DNA of 64,000 bases, taken from an uncultured Gammaproteobacteria bacterium. Lineage in GTDB: Bacteria > Patescibacteriota > Patescibacteriia > Patescibacteriales > UBA12075. The DNA lies in the NCBI GenBank assembly GCA_964459725.1, contig CAYWNT010000002.1:83719-147718 (forward strand), written 5' to 3'. A program made the position numbers and the translations under genes. This document shows positions 43,269-53,020 of the stretch, piece after piece. The notes below the pieces were generated by a model. It was not told the DNA's origin. It ran no database searches and saw only the letters and a list, made by a program, of their open reading frames with translations. Position 1 is the first letter of the stretch; each line of letters begins with the position of its first letter.

Positions 43269-43971
43269 GCTTCTTACATTTTACAAAAAATATCCTTGGC
43301 TCCTGCCTTTCAGAATTAAATTCAGAAATTTCAGCCGAATAATAATCTGTATAAATTTTTTGAATATTTATAAGTCTGGATATTGTATTTATAATTTTTC
43401 TAATTATTCTATATGAATAAAATTTTGGAATTAATCTCTGGCCATAAAACTTATCTACCCCCAGATATGGGCTTAGCTCCTCTTTGAGTCCTTCATAATC
43501 ATATTCAAGAACGTGAAATTTATTTACTGGTTTTTTTGTGAAAGGAGAGGTAATTTTCTTATTAGGAGTTGATAGCAACAAAACGCCATCTTTTTTCAAC
43601 CACTTGTTTAGATTTTTTAAATACTTGATTCTGTCTTCTTTCTCTAGATGCTCAATAGTTTCAAAACTACATATGACGTCAAAGCTCTCATCCTCGAATA
43701 ATTCATCAGTTGCTGAGGCGCAAATAAACTCAATGTTGCTTTTTTGAAATCTGTCTTTAGCATACTCAATGCTCTCTCTGGATAAATCTACCCCCGTCAC
43801 CTTTCTCGCCTTTTGACTAAGCAAACTAGAGCCATAACCTGTTCCACTGGCAATATCCAACACAGCCCTTTTTTCTACATATTTTTTGGCAAAATTATAT
43901 CGTGCCATATGCTCATCAATCAATCTCTTTTTTGATAATTCTGGCACGAATTGTTCTCCGGTAAATTTCAT
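43261..43971 (-). CDS. class I SAM-dependent methyltransferase
   Basis: Motif I is VLDIASGTGYG and the post-I region is VTGVDLS. The FETIEHL motif is also present. Confidence 0.85.
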   Translation of the reverse strand: MKFTGEQFVPELSKKRLIDEHMARYNFAKKYVEKRAVLDIASGTGYGSSLLSQKARKVTGVDLSRESIEYAKDRFQKSNIEFICASATDELFEDESFDVICSFETIEHLEKEDRIKYLKNLNKWLKKDGVLLLSTPNKKITSPFTKKPVNKFHVLEYDYEGLKEELSPYLGVDKFYGQRLIPKFYSYRIIRKIINTISRLINIQKIYTDYYSAEISEFNSERQEPRIFFVKCKKHD

Positions 43972-45017
43972 AGTTGTTTTTTTATAGTCTCACTCAAACT
44001 TTCCTTACTGAAAAATTTCTCAATTTTTTTTCTTGCGTTTTTCTTAATATGCTTTAGCTCTTCATATTTTTTTTGAACATCTACTATTTTTCTGGCAAGA
44101 TCTTCTCCGTCAGCCATGTTACAATACACTAAATCCTCATTATTATTAAAGTAATTTTCCATTTCCTTATTTTTTCCTGTTATCACAATTTTACCACAGG
44201 CCATTGATTCCAGCAACTTATTAGGTATCACTCTTTTGGCCTTTTCGGTGCTACCAAATATACCGAGGCACACTTCTGCCGATTTTATCTCCCCTATTAA
44301 TTCCTCATAAGAAATCCTGTCTACAAATAAGACATTTTGGAGATTATGCTCCTTGCTCTTTTCAATTATCTCCTTCTTTGTCTGGCCAGATCCTATTATT
44401 TTAAACTTTATTTTTTCGTTTTTTAGAATCTTAGCAGCTTCAATAATGTATTCCACTCCCTGCAAGGGAATAAAGTATCCATAGAACAAAACAGTAAACT
44501 CCCTATTATCTTCCTGCCTTGATTCCACTCTATCAATAACATCCAAATCAATAGAAACTAGTAAAACTAATTTCTTTTTACTCTTACTTATTTTAAACTT
44601 CAGAGAAAAATAATTTTTATGGCCTTCTGTGTCAAATATAATCACATCAGACAATCTAACCATCAAAAAATCCAACAAATAGTAATAAACTGCCTTAAGT
44701 GAATATTTGGAAGTTAATTTTCTGTCATTAACATAAGTATCGTAAATAGATGTAAAAGCATCGAAAACTATTTTACTTCTATAAAACAATCTAGACAAAA
44801 CCAAGACAAATACAAATTTTTGAGCTGGCTGCATTAAGAAAATATAATCGTATTTTTTTCCATGAAAAAAGAAATATTTTAAAAAAGTCCAATATCTCTT
44901 ATATTTTCCAGAATTGCAATTAACTTTTGACACATCAAAACAATCTTCAAGCGCTGAAATTAACACCTTGTTTCTCTGGTATTCTTCATTGTATGATCCA
45001 ATTATCAAAAGCTTCAT
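43968..45017 (-). CDS. glycosyltransferase (GT-B, GT4-like)
   Basis: ...FKIIGSGQ..., and RVIPNKLLESMACGKIVITG (the E-x7-E-region analogue). Confidence 0.75.
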   Translation of the reverse strand: MKLLIIGSYNEEYQRNKVLISALEDCFDVSKVNCNSGKYKRYWTFLKYFFFHGKKYDYIFLMQPAQKFVFVLVLSRLFYRSKIVFDAFTSIYDTYVNDRKLTSKYSLKAVYYYLLDFLMVRLSDVIIFDTEGHKNYFSLKFKISKSKKKLVLLVSIDLDVIDRVESRQEDNREFTVLFYGYFIPLQGVEYIIEAAKILKNEKIKFKIIGSGQTKKEIIEKSKEHNLQNVLFVDRISYEELIGEIKSAEVCLGIFGSTEKAKRVIPNKLLESMACGKIVITGKNKEMENYFNNNEDLVYCNMADGEDLARKIVDVQKKYEELKHIKKNARKKIEKFFSKESLSETIKKQL

Positions 45018-45029
45018 TACGATGGGTTA

Positions 45030-45710
45030 TTAATATTCAGCTGCGTCGCTGCTTGTTATCAAGTCCACAATGTCTACGCCTGAAATATTTTTTAATTCGC
45101 CAATAAACTTCTCTCGATTTTCTTCCTCTCTAAATCTTACCGAATAATAATACTCCCTTTCTCCAGTTCCGATAGTTTTTATTTGCAACAATTTATGAGC
45201 CTTTAGGTAGCTATTAAAAATCTCTTTGTAAGACTCTGCGCTGAAACTATCACTAGAATTTATGGTTAGGAGATGACCCTCTCTCAAAACTGAACCAAAA
45301 TTAATCTTAAAAAGAAAAAAGTTAATAATAGACAACATCCCAGTACCAATAAAAGCTATCACATAATTACTCGTACCAACTGCCATTCCGATAGCTAGGG
45401 CAAAAAACAAGTAGGTTGCATCCTTGGTGTCCTTGATAATTGTTCTAAATCTGAGCAATGTAAAAACACCCAGGATTCCTAAGGCTCTAATCAGATTATT
45501 TCCCAAAATCATCATTGCCAGAGCAGACAAGATACTCATCATCACCAATGACAAGACAAAAGATTGTGAATAAGATATACCTTTGTGAGTTTTTTGGTAA
45601 ACTGAAGCGATCACCATGCTAAGTAAAAAAGCTGTTAAAATATTAACAACAATTATTGCTGAGCTGTACTCTATTAGCCCTAAATTTGAAAAATTTACTA
45701 AATCATTCAT
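45030..45710 (-). CDS. DUF4956-family multi-pass membrane protein
   Basis: Four or five TM segments, the LLRFRTIIKDTKDATYLFFALAIGMAVGTSNY signature, and a soluble C-terminal ~80 aa. Confidence 0.75.
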   Translation of the reverse strand: MNDLVNFSNLGLIEYSSAIIVVNILTAFLLSMVIASVYQKTHKGISYSQSFVLSLVMMSILSALAMMILGNNLIRALGILGVFTLLRFRTIIKDTKDATYLFFALAIGMAVGTSNYVIAFIGTGMLSIINFFLFKINFGSVLREGHLLTINSSDSFSAESYKEIFNSYLKAHKLLQIKTIGTGEREYYYSVRFREEENREKFIGELKNISGVDIVDLITSSDAAEY

Positions 45711-45718
45711 AGTTTTAT

Positions 45719-46438
45719 TTATCTTAATAATTGATTATATTTATTTATTTCCTCCAAACTTCTTTCGTATTTTGAAAAAGTATCCCTTTGTAATTTATAT
45801 TTTCTAATAACATCCTTCATCCAGAAAGGCAAATTGTAATTGAACTTAACTTCCATAACATACCCGCCCTTATTAACTCCGGCCATAAACTTATTTTCTT
45901 TAAAATTCCTTTGCCTCCCAGCTCTCAAGTTGTAATCAAAAGTTATTCTCAAGCTTTTATTATGATTCATGTAGGCCCTTCTCTGATATGTAACCAGCGT
46001 GGAGGGCTTGACTAGGTTATAATTTAAATATTCTAAAATTTTATTTTTACTTTTTTTGTCATCTGTTTGTTTTTTCAATATAACACTCTTTCCTAATTTT
46101 ATAAATTCTTCCGCTTCCGGTTTTGATAATGTCATCTTTGTCTTTCTGTTTGTCATATCATTCTTGTGTTTAATTTCAAACCGCACAAAGTCAGAGCGAT
46201 CAAGAAAGGGTTCATAAATTCTCAATCTTATTTTTTTTCTTTTTATATTTCCACTTGCCTTTTCCAAGTAATCAGTCAATCTAAAAGAGTCAAGGTAAAG
46301 ACTAGAAACAAAATAACTTCCGTCCGGCTCTGTTGCGTGTTCATCAATATTCATAGCAAACCTAGTAATATAATTTTCAATTGATCTTGCTGTGGAGGGC
46401 GACATTCTATATTTAAATTCAAATCTATAGCCTTTCAT
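45719..46438 (-). CDS. VTC-domain protein (polyphosphate polymerase-type triphosphate tunnel)
   Basis: MKGYRFEFKY..., SLYLDS..., IRLRIYE..., VRFEIKHK... and YVMEVKF are alternating charged beta-strands typical of VTC/TTM tunnels. Confidence 0.8.
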   Translation of the reverse strand: MKGYRFEFKYRMSPSTARSIENYITRFAMNIDEHATEPDGSYFVSSLYLDSFRLTDYLEKASGNIKRKKIRLRIYEPFLDRSDFVRFEIKHKNDMTNRKTKMTLSKPEAEEFIKLGKSVILKKQTDDKKSKNKILEYLNYNLVKPSTLVTYQRRAYMNHNKSLRITFDYNLRAGRQRNFKENKFMAGVNKGGYVMEVKFNYNLPFWMKDVIRKYKLQRDTFSKYERSLEEINKYNQLLR

Positions 46439-46440
46439 AT

Positions 46441-48753
46441 TTAATTATTAATTTTTGAAAAATCATCCAGAACAATATTCACTCCATTATTCTCAAAAAG
46501 CAAATTATTAACAATAGCCTCTCCACCCATAACAAACTCTGCCTTCTTTCTATAGAGAGAAATTCCCGCTTCTTTATTGTTTATTATCCGAGAATTATTT
46601 ATTTCAACAAAAGAATCGTCTTTCACCGCAACTCCAATATTGCAATTTTTAAATTCATTATCCTCGATAGTTAAAACTGATTTTTCTCCAATACTCAAGC
46701 ACTTATCACCAAAATTAGTAACTTTATTACCGCTTATAATCATATCAGAAACACCTGATACGTCAATTGCGTCCCCATTTGAGTCTTCTGTTTCTCTATT
46801 AGCAAAAACAGAATTTATAATCTTACTTGACTTTACATAGTCAACATCTATTCCATCAGCAAAATTGTCTTCAAATCTGCAATCTGCAATCTGCGTTGAC
46901 CCAAGAATGGCATGGAAGGTGTCGTCTGATTTACCATTTGCGAAAACTGAATCCTCTACTGTACTTAGAGCATTATGAAGTGAAAATTGAGAAGTAAAGA
47001 ATACGCCATTTAAAAACTCAGTTGATCCTCCGCTAACTTTGATATTTCTAAAAATATTTTTTTCTTTTCCCGTATTTACAACCGCAAACGTTCCCCATGG
47101 TCTATCTTTTTCGTTATAAGCCCTAACCACGATTGATAATAGCCTTGTTCCACTCGCCACAACAGGACTATAGGAGATAAAAGATGCGCCTTCCTTCATT
47201 GCCATCTCTGCCCCAGGATCAATTTTTAATTTTAGTCCTTCAGGGAAAATCACTTTGTCATAAAATACATGCCGACCTCGTGGAAGCACTATATTTTTCT
47301 CATCGATTTTTCTAAATTGCTTATTGTCACGCACGAACTCTTCTGCGGTTTTAAAGACATCATTAAATAAATAAAAACTGCCCGGCATTTTTAATAACCC
47401 TGCTTCATTCTCCTCCTTGGTGCTTATTTCGAATGGTGATACTTGAAGGCTTGAGATTTTTTTTGCGTTATCAAAATTTCCAGAGATATTTCTTCTTATT
47501 CTCTTAACTCTACTGTCAAACATTATATCATTGTGCAGCTTTGCTTGATCATTATAAAACTCACTCTTTAAATCCTTATACAATTCATCGTAGAAGGCCA
47601 AATCATCAGCTAAGTTTTCCTCATTTGATACATAATCTCGAACTACTTCTTGGAAACGTGAGAATAACTTCTCATTCCCAAATATTCTTTTGGTCAGAGT
47701 TAAATTTTTTGTAAAATCAAACTTCAAAGGATCGCCCAGGCCAACATCCCAAGGAACAAGCTGAAATTTTCCTGTCTCTTTTTTGAAAAGTAAAACAGTG
47801 TTTCCTAGATCAGTTTGGTGGCTTGATCCTTGTAAAATATTTAGTAAATTCCAACGATAAAAAGAATCAAGATCCAGTATTGCTGAAATCTTATCCGCAA
47901 ACTCTTCATCACTCTCAATGCTCATCACTCTAAATAACGCTTCTAGCTCCTCAAAATAACCTTCTTCAGAAATAGCTGTATAGCTCTTCCAGGAGTCTAA
48001 TCTGTCAACTGAAAAATTAGTCTTGAGTCCGGCAAGTGAAACATCTTTGTTGGAAAAAACATTATTTGTATCTATCATTTCGCTCCTTGCCAAAAGCTCC
48101 TTTGACCACGGCTCTGAAGCCAAGTAAACGCCCATATCTCTCCCATTTACATAAACTCTGACAAATTTAAATTTGGCACTAAAAAGCCCCAACTTCTCTG
48201 CCCTGTATGATGCCAATACCTCACCAAAATATGCCCTGTCATAAGGAAGAAAGAGATTTAATGCTCTTTGTCCCATAAACAAATTACTTTTTGAAAATTT
48301 AATTCTATATGCGTTTTTCTCTGCATCCCAATTATTATTATTCGTTCCTCTATATCTAATCTTTATTTCATCTGAGTACTCTAAACCTGGAGCCTCAAAC
48401 ATAGCATTGACATAGTGCTTATCCTCGTCGTTCATTCTACCATAAGAAACACCATCATCATTTAAGGGCTTGTGATTATTTAGCTCGTACAAATTATTTG
48501 ATTTTATTGTGATATGATATGTTTCAAGCTCTGACTGTCTAAACCAGTAAGGCAGATGGATTACATTTACAATCTTTCTTATAGAGTGCCAATTGGCTAA
48601 AATTCTATACCCAAAAGGATTCCTCACAAGCATACCTCTTTCGCCAATAGACAAAGTAAAAAACAAATAATAAAAAACTGCCCCACTAAACACGGCTAAA
48701 ATAAAAAAAACTAATAACATTTTTCTGATTTTTTTATTAATATTTTTAATCAT
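46441..48753 (-). CDS. CotH kinase-family protein with N-terminal TM anchor and C-terminal right-handed beta-helix domain
   Basis: The CotH core is IKIRYRGTNNNNWDAEKNAYRIKF..., ALNLFLPYDRAYFGEVLASYRAEKLG and VRVYVNGRDMGVY. The C-terminal ~230 aa has repetitive N/G/D-rich beta-helix turns. Confidence 0.8.
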   Translation of the reverse strand: MIKNINKKIRKMLLVFFILAVFSGAVFYYLFFTLSIGERGMLVRNPFGYRILANWHSIRKIVNVIHLPYWFRQSELETYHITIKSNNLYELNNHKPLNDDGVSYGRMNDEDKHYVNAMFEAPGLEYSDEIKIRYRGTNNNNWDAEKNAYRIKFSKSNLFMGQRALNLFLPYDRAYFGEVLASYRAEKLGLFSAKFKFVRVYVNGRDMGVYLASEPWSKELLARSEMIDTNNVFSNKDVSLAGLKTNFSVDRLDSWKSYTAISEEGYFEELEALFRVMSIESDEEFADKISAILDLDSFYRWNLLNILQGSSHQTDLGNTVLLFKKETGKFQLVPWDVGLGDPLKFDFTKNLTLTKRIFGNEKLFSRFQEVVRDYVSNEENLADDLAFYDELYKDLKSEFYNDQAKLHNDIMFDSRVKRIRRNISGNFDNAKKISSLQVSPFEISTKEENEAGLLKMPGSFYLFNDVFKTAEEFVRDNKQFRKIDEKNIVLPRGRHVFYDKVIFPEGLKLKIDPGAEMAMKEGASFISYSPVVASGTRLLSIVVRAYNEKDRPWGTFAVVNTGKEKNIFRNIKVSGGSTEFLNGVFFTSQFSLHNALSTVEDSVFANGKSDDTFHAILGSTQIADCRFEDNFADGIDVDYVKSSKIINSVFANRETEDSNGDAIDVSGVSDMIISGNKVTNFGDKCLSIGEKSVLTIEDNEFKNCNIGVAVKDDSFVEINNSRIINNKEAGISLYRKKAEFVMGGEAIVNNLLFENNGVNIVLDDFSKINN

Positions 48754-49915
48754 TTTTCATTTTTATAAATTTTAAAATATTCTTACCCCTTTCATCCCAG
48801 GTGAATCTAGCTACATCTCTGTAGGCCTTACTAGACAATTCTCTGCCCAGATCCGGAGACTGGATTAAATGCATTATCTTCTTTGATAAGTCATGAGCAT
48901 CTCCTGGGGCGCAAAAAATACAATTATCATCATTTAAGACCTCTCTTATACTTGGCAAATCTGAAGCAATAATAGGTCGCTTGCCTGCCATATACTCAAA
49001 CATCTTTAAGGGGGTCATAAAATATTCATAATGCGCGATTCTCGGAAAAGGCATGAGTAAGACATCACTCATTCTCTGGAAGAGAGCTAAGGCATCCTGG
49101 CTCTGTCTTTTGAAAAGATAAACATGACTATCTACTCCTTTTTCTTTTGCCATCACTTGGTAATACTCTACATCCTTCTCATCTCCCCCGGCAGCTATAA
49201 ATATTATATCTTTATTTTCTTTCAAAATTATTGCCAAAGCACTGAGGATATCAGAAATTCCTTTTTCCTCACCTTTTGTCTTGAAACTTCCAGTATAAAC
49301 CAATACTATCTTGTCTTTTATCTCTATATCCAGATTTAGCTTTCTGATTGCCTCATCTCTCTCAGTGTCAATATCAAATATTTTTAAATTAACTCCATTT
49401 GGAGCAACAAGTATTTCTTTGGTTTTAAAAAAATTGTCTTCTTGGAACTTTTTTCTAATAAAATTATTAGTAGTGATAATATGATTTGCTCTCCGTAGAA
49501 ATAATAATAAAAACTTTTTCCTTTCACTAAACCACTCATGTCTCTCATAAGCTGTTTTGTAGCCTCTCAAAGAAAAGAGCCATAAAACAAGACTATTTCT
49601 GGTATAAATAATGCTATCTTTATCAATTTTTAGAAACAATAATTTTGTAATAAGGTGGAGATACTCTAAGTATATCCCAAACCTCCCTAGAAACAAAAAG
49701 GCGCGAAAAAACTCAAATATTTTAACTCTCTTAATTTTGAAAGTTTTCTCTAATTTGTAATGCTCAAAGGTATCCCCTTGGGAGTCTTTCCTCTCGGGTA
49801 CGACCAAGGTCACATCAGCTTCTAATCTACCAAATACTTCGCACATCTTTAGGATTTGTCTGACATGGCCCTTATCACTCGGCACCCTGATATTGGCAAC
49901 ATAAGTTATCTTCAT
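48746..49915 (-). CDS. glycosyltransferase (GT4)
   Basis: GT-B layout with a C-terminal ...MPFPRIAHYEYFMTPLKMFEYMAGKRPIIASD. Confidence 0.8.
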   Translation of the reverse strand: MKITYVANIRVPSDKGHVRQILKMCEVFGRLEADVTLVVPERKDSQGDTFEHYKLEKTFKIKRVKIFEFFRAFLFLGRFGIYLEYLHLITKLLFLKIDKDSIIYTRNSLVLWLFSLRGYKTAYERHEWFSERKKFLLLFLRRANHIITTNNFIRKKFQEDNFFKTKEILVAPNGVNLKIFDIDTERDEAIRKLNLDIEIKDKIVLVYTGSFKTKGEEKGISDILSALAIILKENKDIIFIAAGGDEKDVEYYQVMAKEKGVDSHVYLFKRQSQDALALFQRMSDVLLMPFPRIAHYEYFMTPLKMFEYMAGKRPIIASDLPSIREVLNDDNCIFCAPGDAHDLSKKIMHLIQSPDLGRELSSKAYRDVARFTWDERGKNILKFIKMKND

Positions 49916-51063
49916 ACCTTCTTTTGATATATAGAATTAATATCCAAGTTTTTTTCCAGCTTATCTATTACAAAATCTTTTGCTTTTTGTTTTATGGTTT
50001 CATTGTTTAAGATATTGTTTATTTTTTGGTTAAAGCTTTCTGCTCCATCTTCCTCTTCCCAGAGGCATCCCCTTTCCTCATTTTCGCCAATATACTCTAT
50101 TATACTATCAATCTTACTTCCTATTACAGGAACATTCATATACATCGCCTCTCGAACCACGGTAGGACTCCCCTCTGAATAAGACAACAAGGAAAAAACA
50201 TCAGCATCTCTATAATAATTCCAAATCCCCTCCCTGTTCACAAAACCAGCCAATATAACCCCATCCTCCAGGCCCTCACTCGCGATCTTGTTTTCCAAAT
50301 CATTTTTTAAAACACCATCTCCAACTATGATCAGCGTCAAATCATCTCTTTTTATTTCTTGAAATACCTGGATCAATCTTTCAATTCCCTTCTCCGGCTC
50401 CAAACGACAAACTGTAAGTAGTATTTTTTTACTATCTGGAATATTAAATCTCTCCCTAATCTCACCCTTCCTGGATTTTTCAATATACTCCCTATCCCTC
50501 TCTATTACATCAGTGGTTATAGTTACAATCTTTTTTTCTTTGACACCCAGATCAAGAAGATATTTCTTGGTGGTCAGGGCATTAGCGATAAAAAAATCTG
50601 CCAGATATTTTCCAAAAAACTCTGAGAAAACTTGATAGCAGTAATCAATGACAGGAAATCTCTTGGTTTTTGAAAGCTCTCTCGGACTCGAACCCAGAAA
50701 CAACGTAACTTTTGTTTTCCAAAAAATCTTAACAAAAATTGCTGAAAAAAGCATTGGAAAATCTCTTACCCATAAAATATCAGGAACAAAACCTCTCTTT
50801 CTAAGAGACAAGGGCACTAAGATGGGTGACAAAAAATCATAAAGCAATCTATTCCCGATCCTTCTTTTCTTATGCTCTGTTTCAATATTGTCTCTTTTTT
50901 TATAATAATCCTTATTTGACCAACTAAAAAGAAAGATATTGTTTATACCCGGATTCAATCTATTTCTAATCAACTTATTTCTTAATTCCTGAAAATCATT
51001 TTCAAAGATATTTCTATCATCATAGCCGACAGCTAATATGTTAATTGGTTTTTTATTCTCCAT
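49912..51063 (-). CDS. glycosyltransferase (GT4)
   Basis: ...LTVCRLEPEKGI... and SYSEGSPTVVREAMYMNVPVIGS. Confidence 0.8.
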   Translation of the reverse strand: MENKKPINILAVGYDDRNIFENDFQELRNKLIRNRLNPGINNIFLFSWSNKDYYKKRDNIETEHKKRRIGNRLLYDFLSPILVPLSLRKRGFVPDILWVRDFPMLFSAIFVKIFWKTKVTLFLGSSPRELSKTKRFPVIDYCYQVFSEFFGKYLADFFIANALTTKKYLLDLGVKEKKIVTITTDVIERDREYIEKSRKGEIRERFNIPDSKKILLTVCRLEPEKGIERLIQVFQEIKRDDLTLIIVGDGVLKNDLENKIASEGLEDGVILAGFVNREGIWNYYRDADVFSLLSYSEGSPTVVREAMYMNVPVIGSKIDSIIEYIGENEERGCLWEEEDGAESFNQKINNILNNETIKQKAKDFVIDKLEKNLDINSIYQKKV

Positions 51064-51673
51064 TGGTAGATAATTTTTTAATTAAATTCTTAAAATCCTC
51101 GTTATTTCTAATATAATAAATTTTCATCTCTTGAGTTTTCAGATAATTTTTTAGTCTTGAATTATTCTTGCTACTCAACTTCCCCCATTCTTTCCTGTGT
51201 TTTTCATCAAAATCATCTCTAGCATAATAACCTCGTTTTTCAACATACTCCCTTTGCCTTTCTTCATCTAAATCAAAAAAAATCAAAACATCCGGAAATA
51301 AAACAAACTTTAAATACTTGGCTATCAACCCATCATCCAGTTCTTGTTCAAAAACTGATATAAAATTCTGGAAATAACCCTGATCTATGATCGCTCTTTG
51401 ACACTTTTTTGACTTCAGGTGTTTAGCATTATAATGCAAAAAAGTGTTATTGATCTTGTGCCAAATAATTTTTACATTACACGGAGAACTCTTGAATATA
51501 AAATATAAAAGCCCAAAAAACTTAACTGGGTATTTTGCCAAGAATAGTATATTGTAAATATACAAAGCAAACCTACTTCTTATCTTTATTATTTTATAAC
51601 CGGCTTCTGCCTGCAATCTTTTAGCAAATGTAGTTTTTCCCTGACCCGGAAGACCGTATAACTCTATTATCAT
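51053..51673 (-). CDS. P-loop NTPase/kinase-like protein of unknown specificity
   Basis: Walker A GLPGQGKTT sits at the extreme N-terminus, with a Walker B-like LIFFDLDEE. It is embedded in the glycan operon. Confidence 0.6.
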   Translation of the reverse strand: MIIELYGLPGQGKTTFAKRLQAEAGYKIIKIRSRFALYIYNILFLAKYPVKFFGLLYFIFKSSPCNVKIIWHKINNTFLHYNAKHLKSKKCQRAIIDQGYFQNFISVFEQELDDGLIAKYLKFVLFPDVLIFFDLDEERQREYVEKRGYYARDDFDEKHRKEWGKLSSKNNSRLKNYLKTQEMKIYYIRNNEDFKNLIKKLSTNGE

Positions 51674-52392
51674 TTTTTTGTAAATTTAACACAATAAGAC
51701 TCTGAAAACAATTGACTCAAACAATTTAACTTTAAATTACCCAAGGTTTTATACAAAATCTTATTAAGAAATGCTGATCTAAATATTGGAAAACTAAGAG
51801 TGGTTGGATAAATTTCAATATTCTCAAAATTATTATCTAATAAAATTTTTCTAAATTTACGAGGAGAGACCTGAGTGCTATGAAAATCAGAAATTTTCCT
51901 TCTCAAAATCTTACTTCTCAGATACTTAGGAGTCTTGGTTATAACAACTCCTGTGCCGTTTTGTTTCAGTATTTTATGAATTTTTTTCGCCACCTCCTCC
52001 TTGTTGGGTATGTACTCTATTGCTCTGGATGAAAAGAAAAAATCATATTCCCTCTTTGGCTCAAAATCTAAAAAATCGCTTTCAATATACTCTATTCTTT
52101 CATTCGTTTTAAACCTCTCTCTAACTAGCTTCAACATCTCAGCCGATATGTCCAATAGATTAAAAATTGAATCTGGATTTCTTTTGACTAGCTCCTTAGT
52201 CCAAGTTCCATGACCTGGACCCAGCTCAAAACAACTTGAAAAATTTTCATTTTGAATAGCTCTTTTTATTGTCGCTAGAGTCATATCATATCCAGCTTTT
52301 TGTATTTCATTTCGAAACCATCTCTTTTCTTCGTATTTCTGATTATTTTTTATTGAAGAATTATAATATTCTCTTACTTCTTTTGTGTCCAT
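51670..52392 (-). CDS. class I SAM-dependent methyltransferase
   Basis: Motif I is FELGPGHGTW. LLDISAEM is also present. Confidence 0.8.
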   Translation of the reverse strand: MDTKEVREYYNSSIKNNQKYEEKRWFRNEIQKAGYDMTLATIKRAIQNENFSSCFELGPGHGTWTKELVKRNPDSIFNLLDISAEMLKLVRERFKTNERIEYIESDFLDFEPKREYDFFFSSRAIEYIPNKEEVAKKIHKILKQNGTGVVITKTPKYLRSKILRRKISDFHSTQVSPRKFRKILLDNNFENIEIYPTTLSFPIFRSAFLNKILYKTLGNLKLNCLSQLFSESYCVKFTKK

Positions 52393-52393
52393 A

Positions 52394-53020
52394 TTATTTA
52401 TTTATTTTTAATATAAAAAAATGATGATAAGGAGAATCTATTGGAACAAAATCACCAACTATTTCTAATCCGACATCTTTTATTTTATTTTTAATCAATT
52501 TTAAGGGATACTCTCTCTTGCCTATTTCCCAATAATGCTCTCCGTTGAATTTGTGTTTTATAGGAAAAATACTGCCCTTGAATTGCCAATTTATTTTTTT
52601 AAAAAAAGGGAGTTTCACGCTAACTGAAAAATGTCTACCCCAATGAGGTAAGCTTATAATTACATTCTTCTTGGCCACCCTACTCAATTCATTTAATACT
52701 TTTTCTAACTTTTCAAAAGGCAAATGCTCCAATACCTCAAAGGCGCAAACCAAATCAAAAGAATTATCTTCTAATTTTATGTTCTCAATACTCCCCACAT
52801 AATCAGGCTTCAATTCTTCATCAATGTCAAAGCTCTTATAATCTATGTTTGTATTTTTTTTAATATAATTTGCAACAACTCCATCCCCAATTCCTATCTC
52901 CAGCACTCTTTGCGGACGTGGTTTAACAATCTCATCGATCTGATTCCAATAACTCGCCCACCGATCTTTAGTGCAATAATTATTAAAATCATAATGCTTG
53001 ATATCAACTTGCTTTTCCAT
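52394..53020 (-). CDS. class I SAM-dependent methyltransferase
   Basis: VLEIGIGDGV..., FDID..., and VCAFEVLEHL. Confidence 0.8.
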   Translation of the reverse strand: MEKQVDIKHYDFNNYCTKDRWASYWNQIDEIVKPRPQRVLEIGIGDGVVANYIKKNTNIDYKSFDIDEELKPDYVGSIENIKLEDNSFDLVCAFEVLEHLPFEKLEKVLNELSRVAKKNVIISLPHWGRHFSVSVKLPFFKKINWQFKGSIFPIKHKFNGEHYWEIGKREYPLKLIKNKIKDVGLEIVGDFVPIDSPYHHFFILKINK

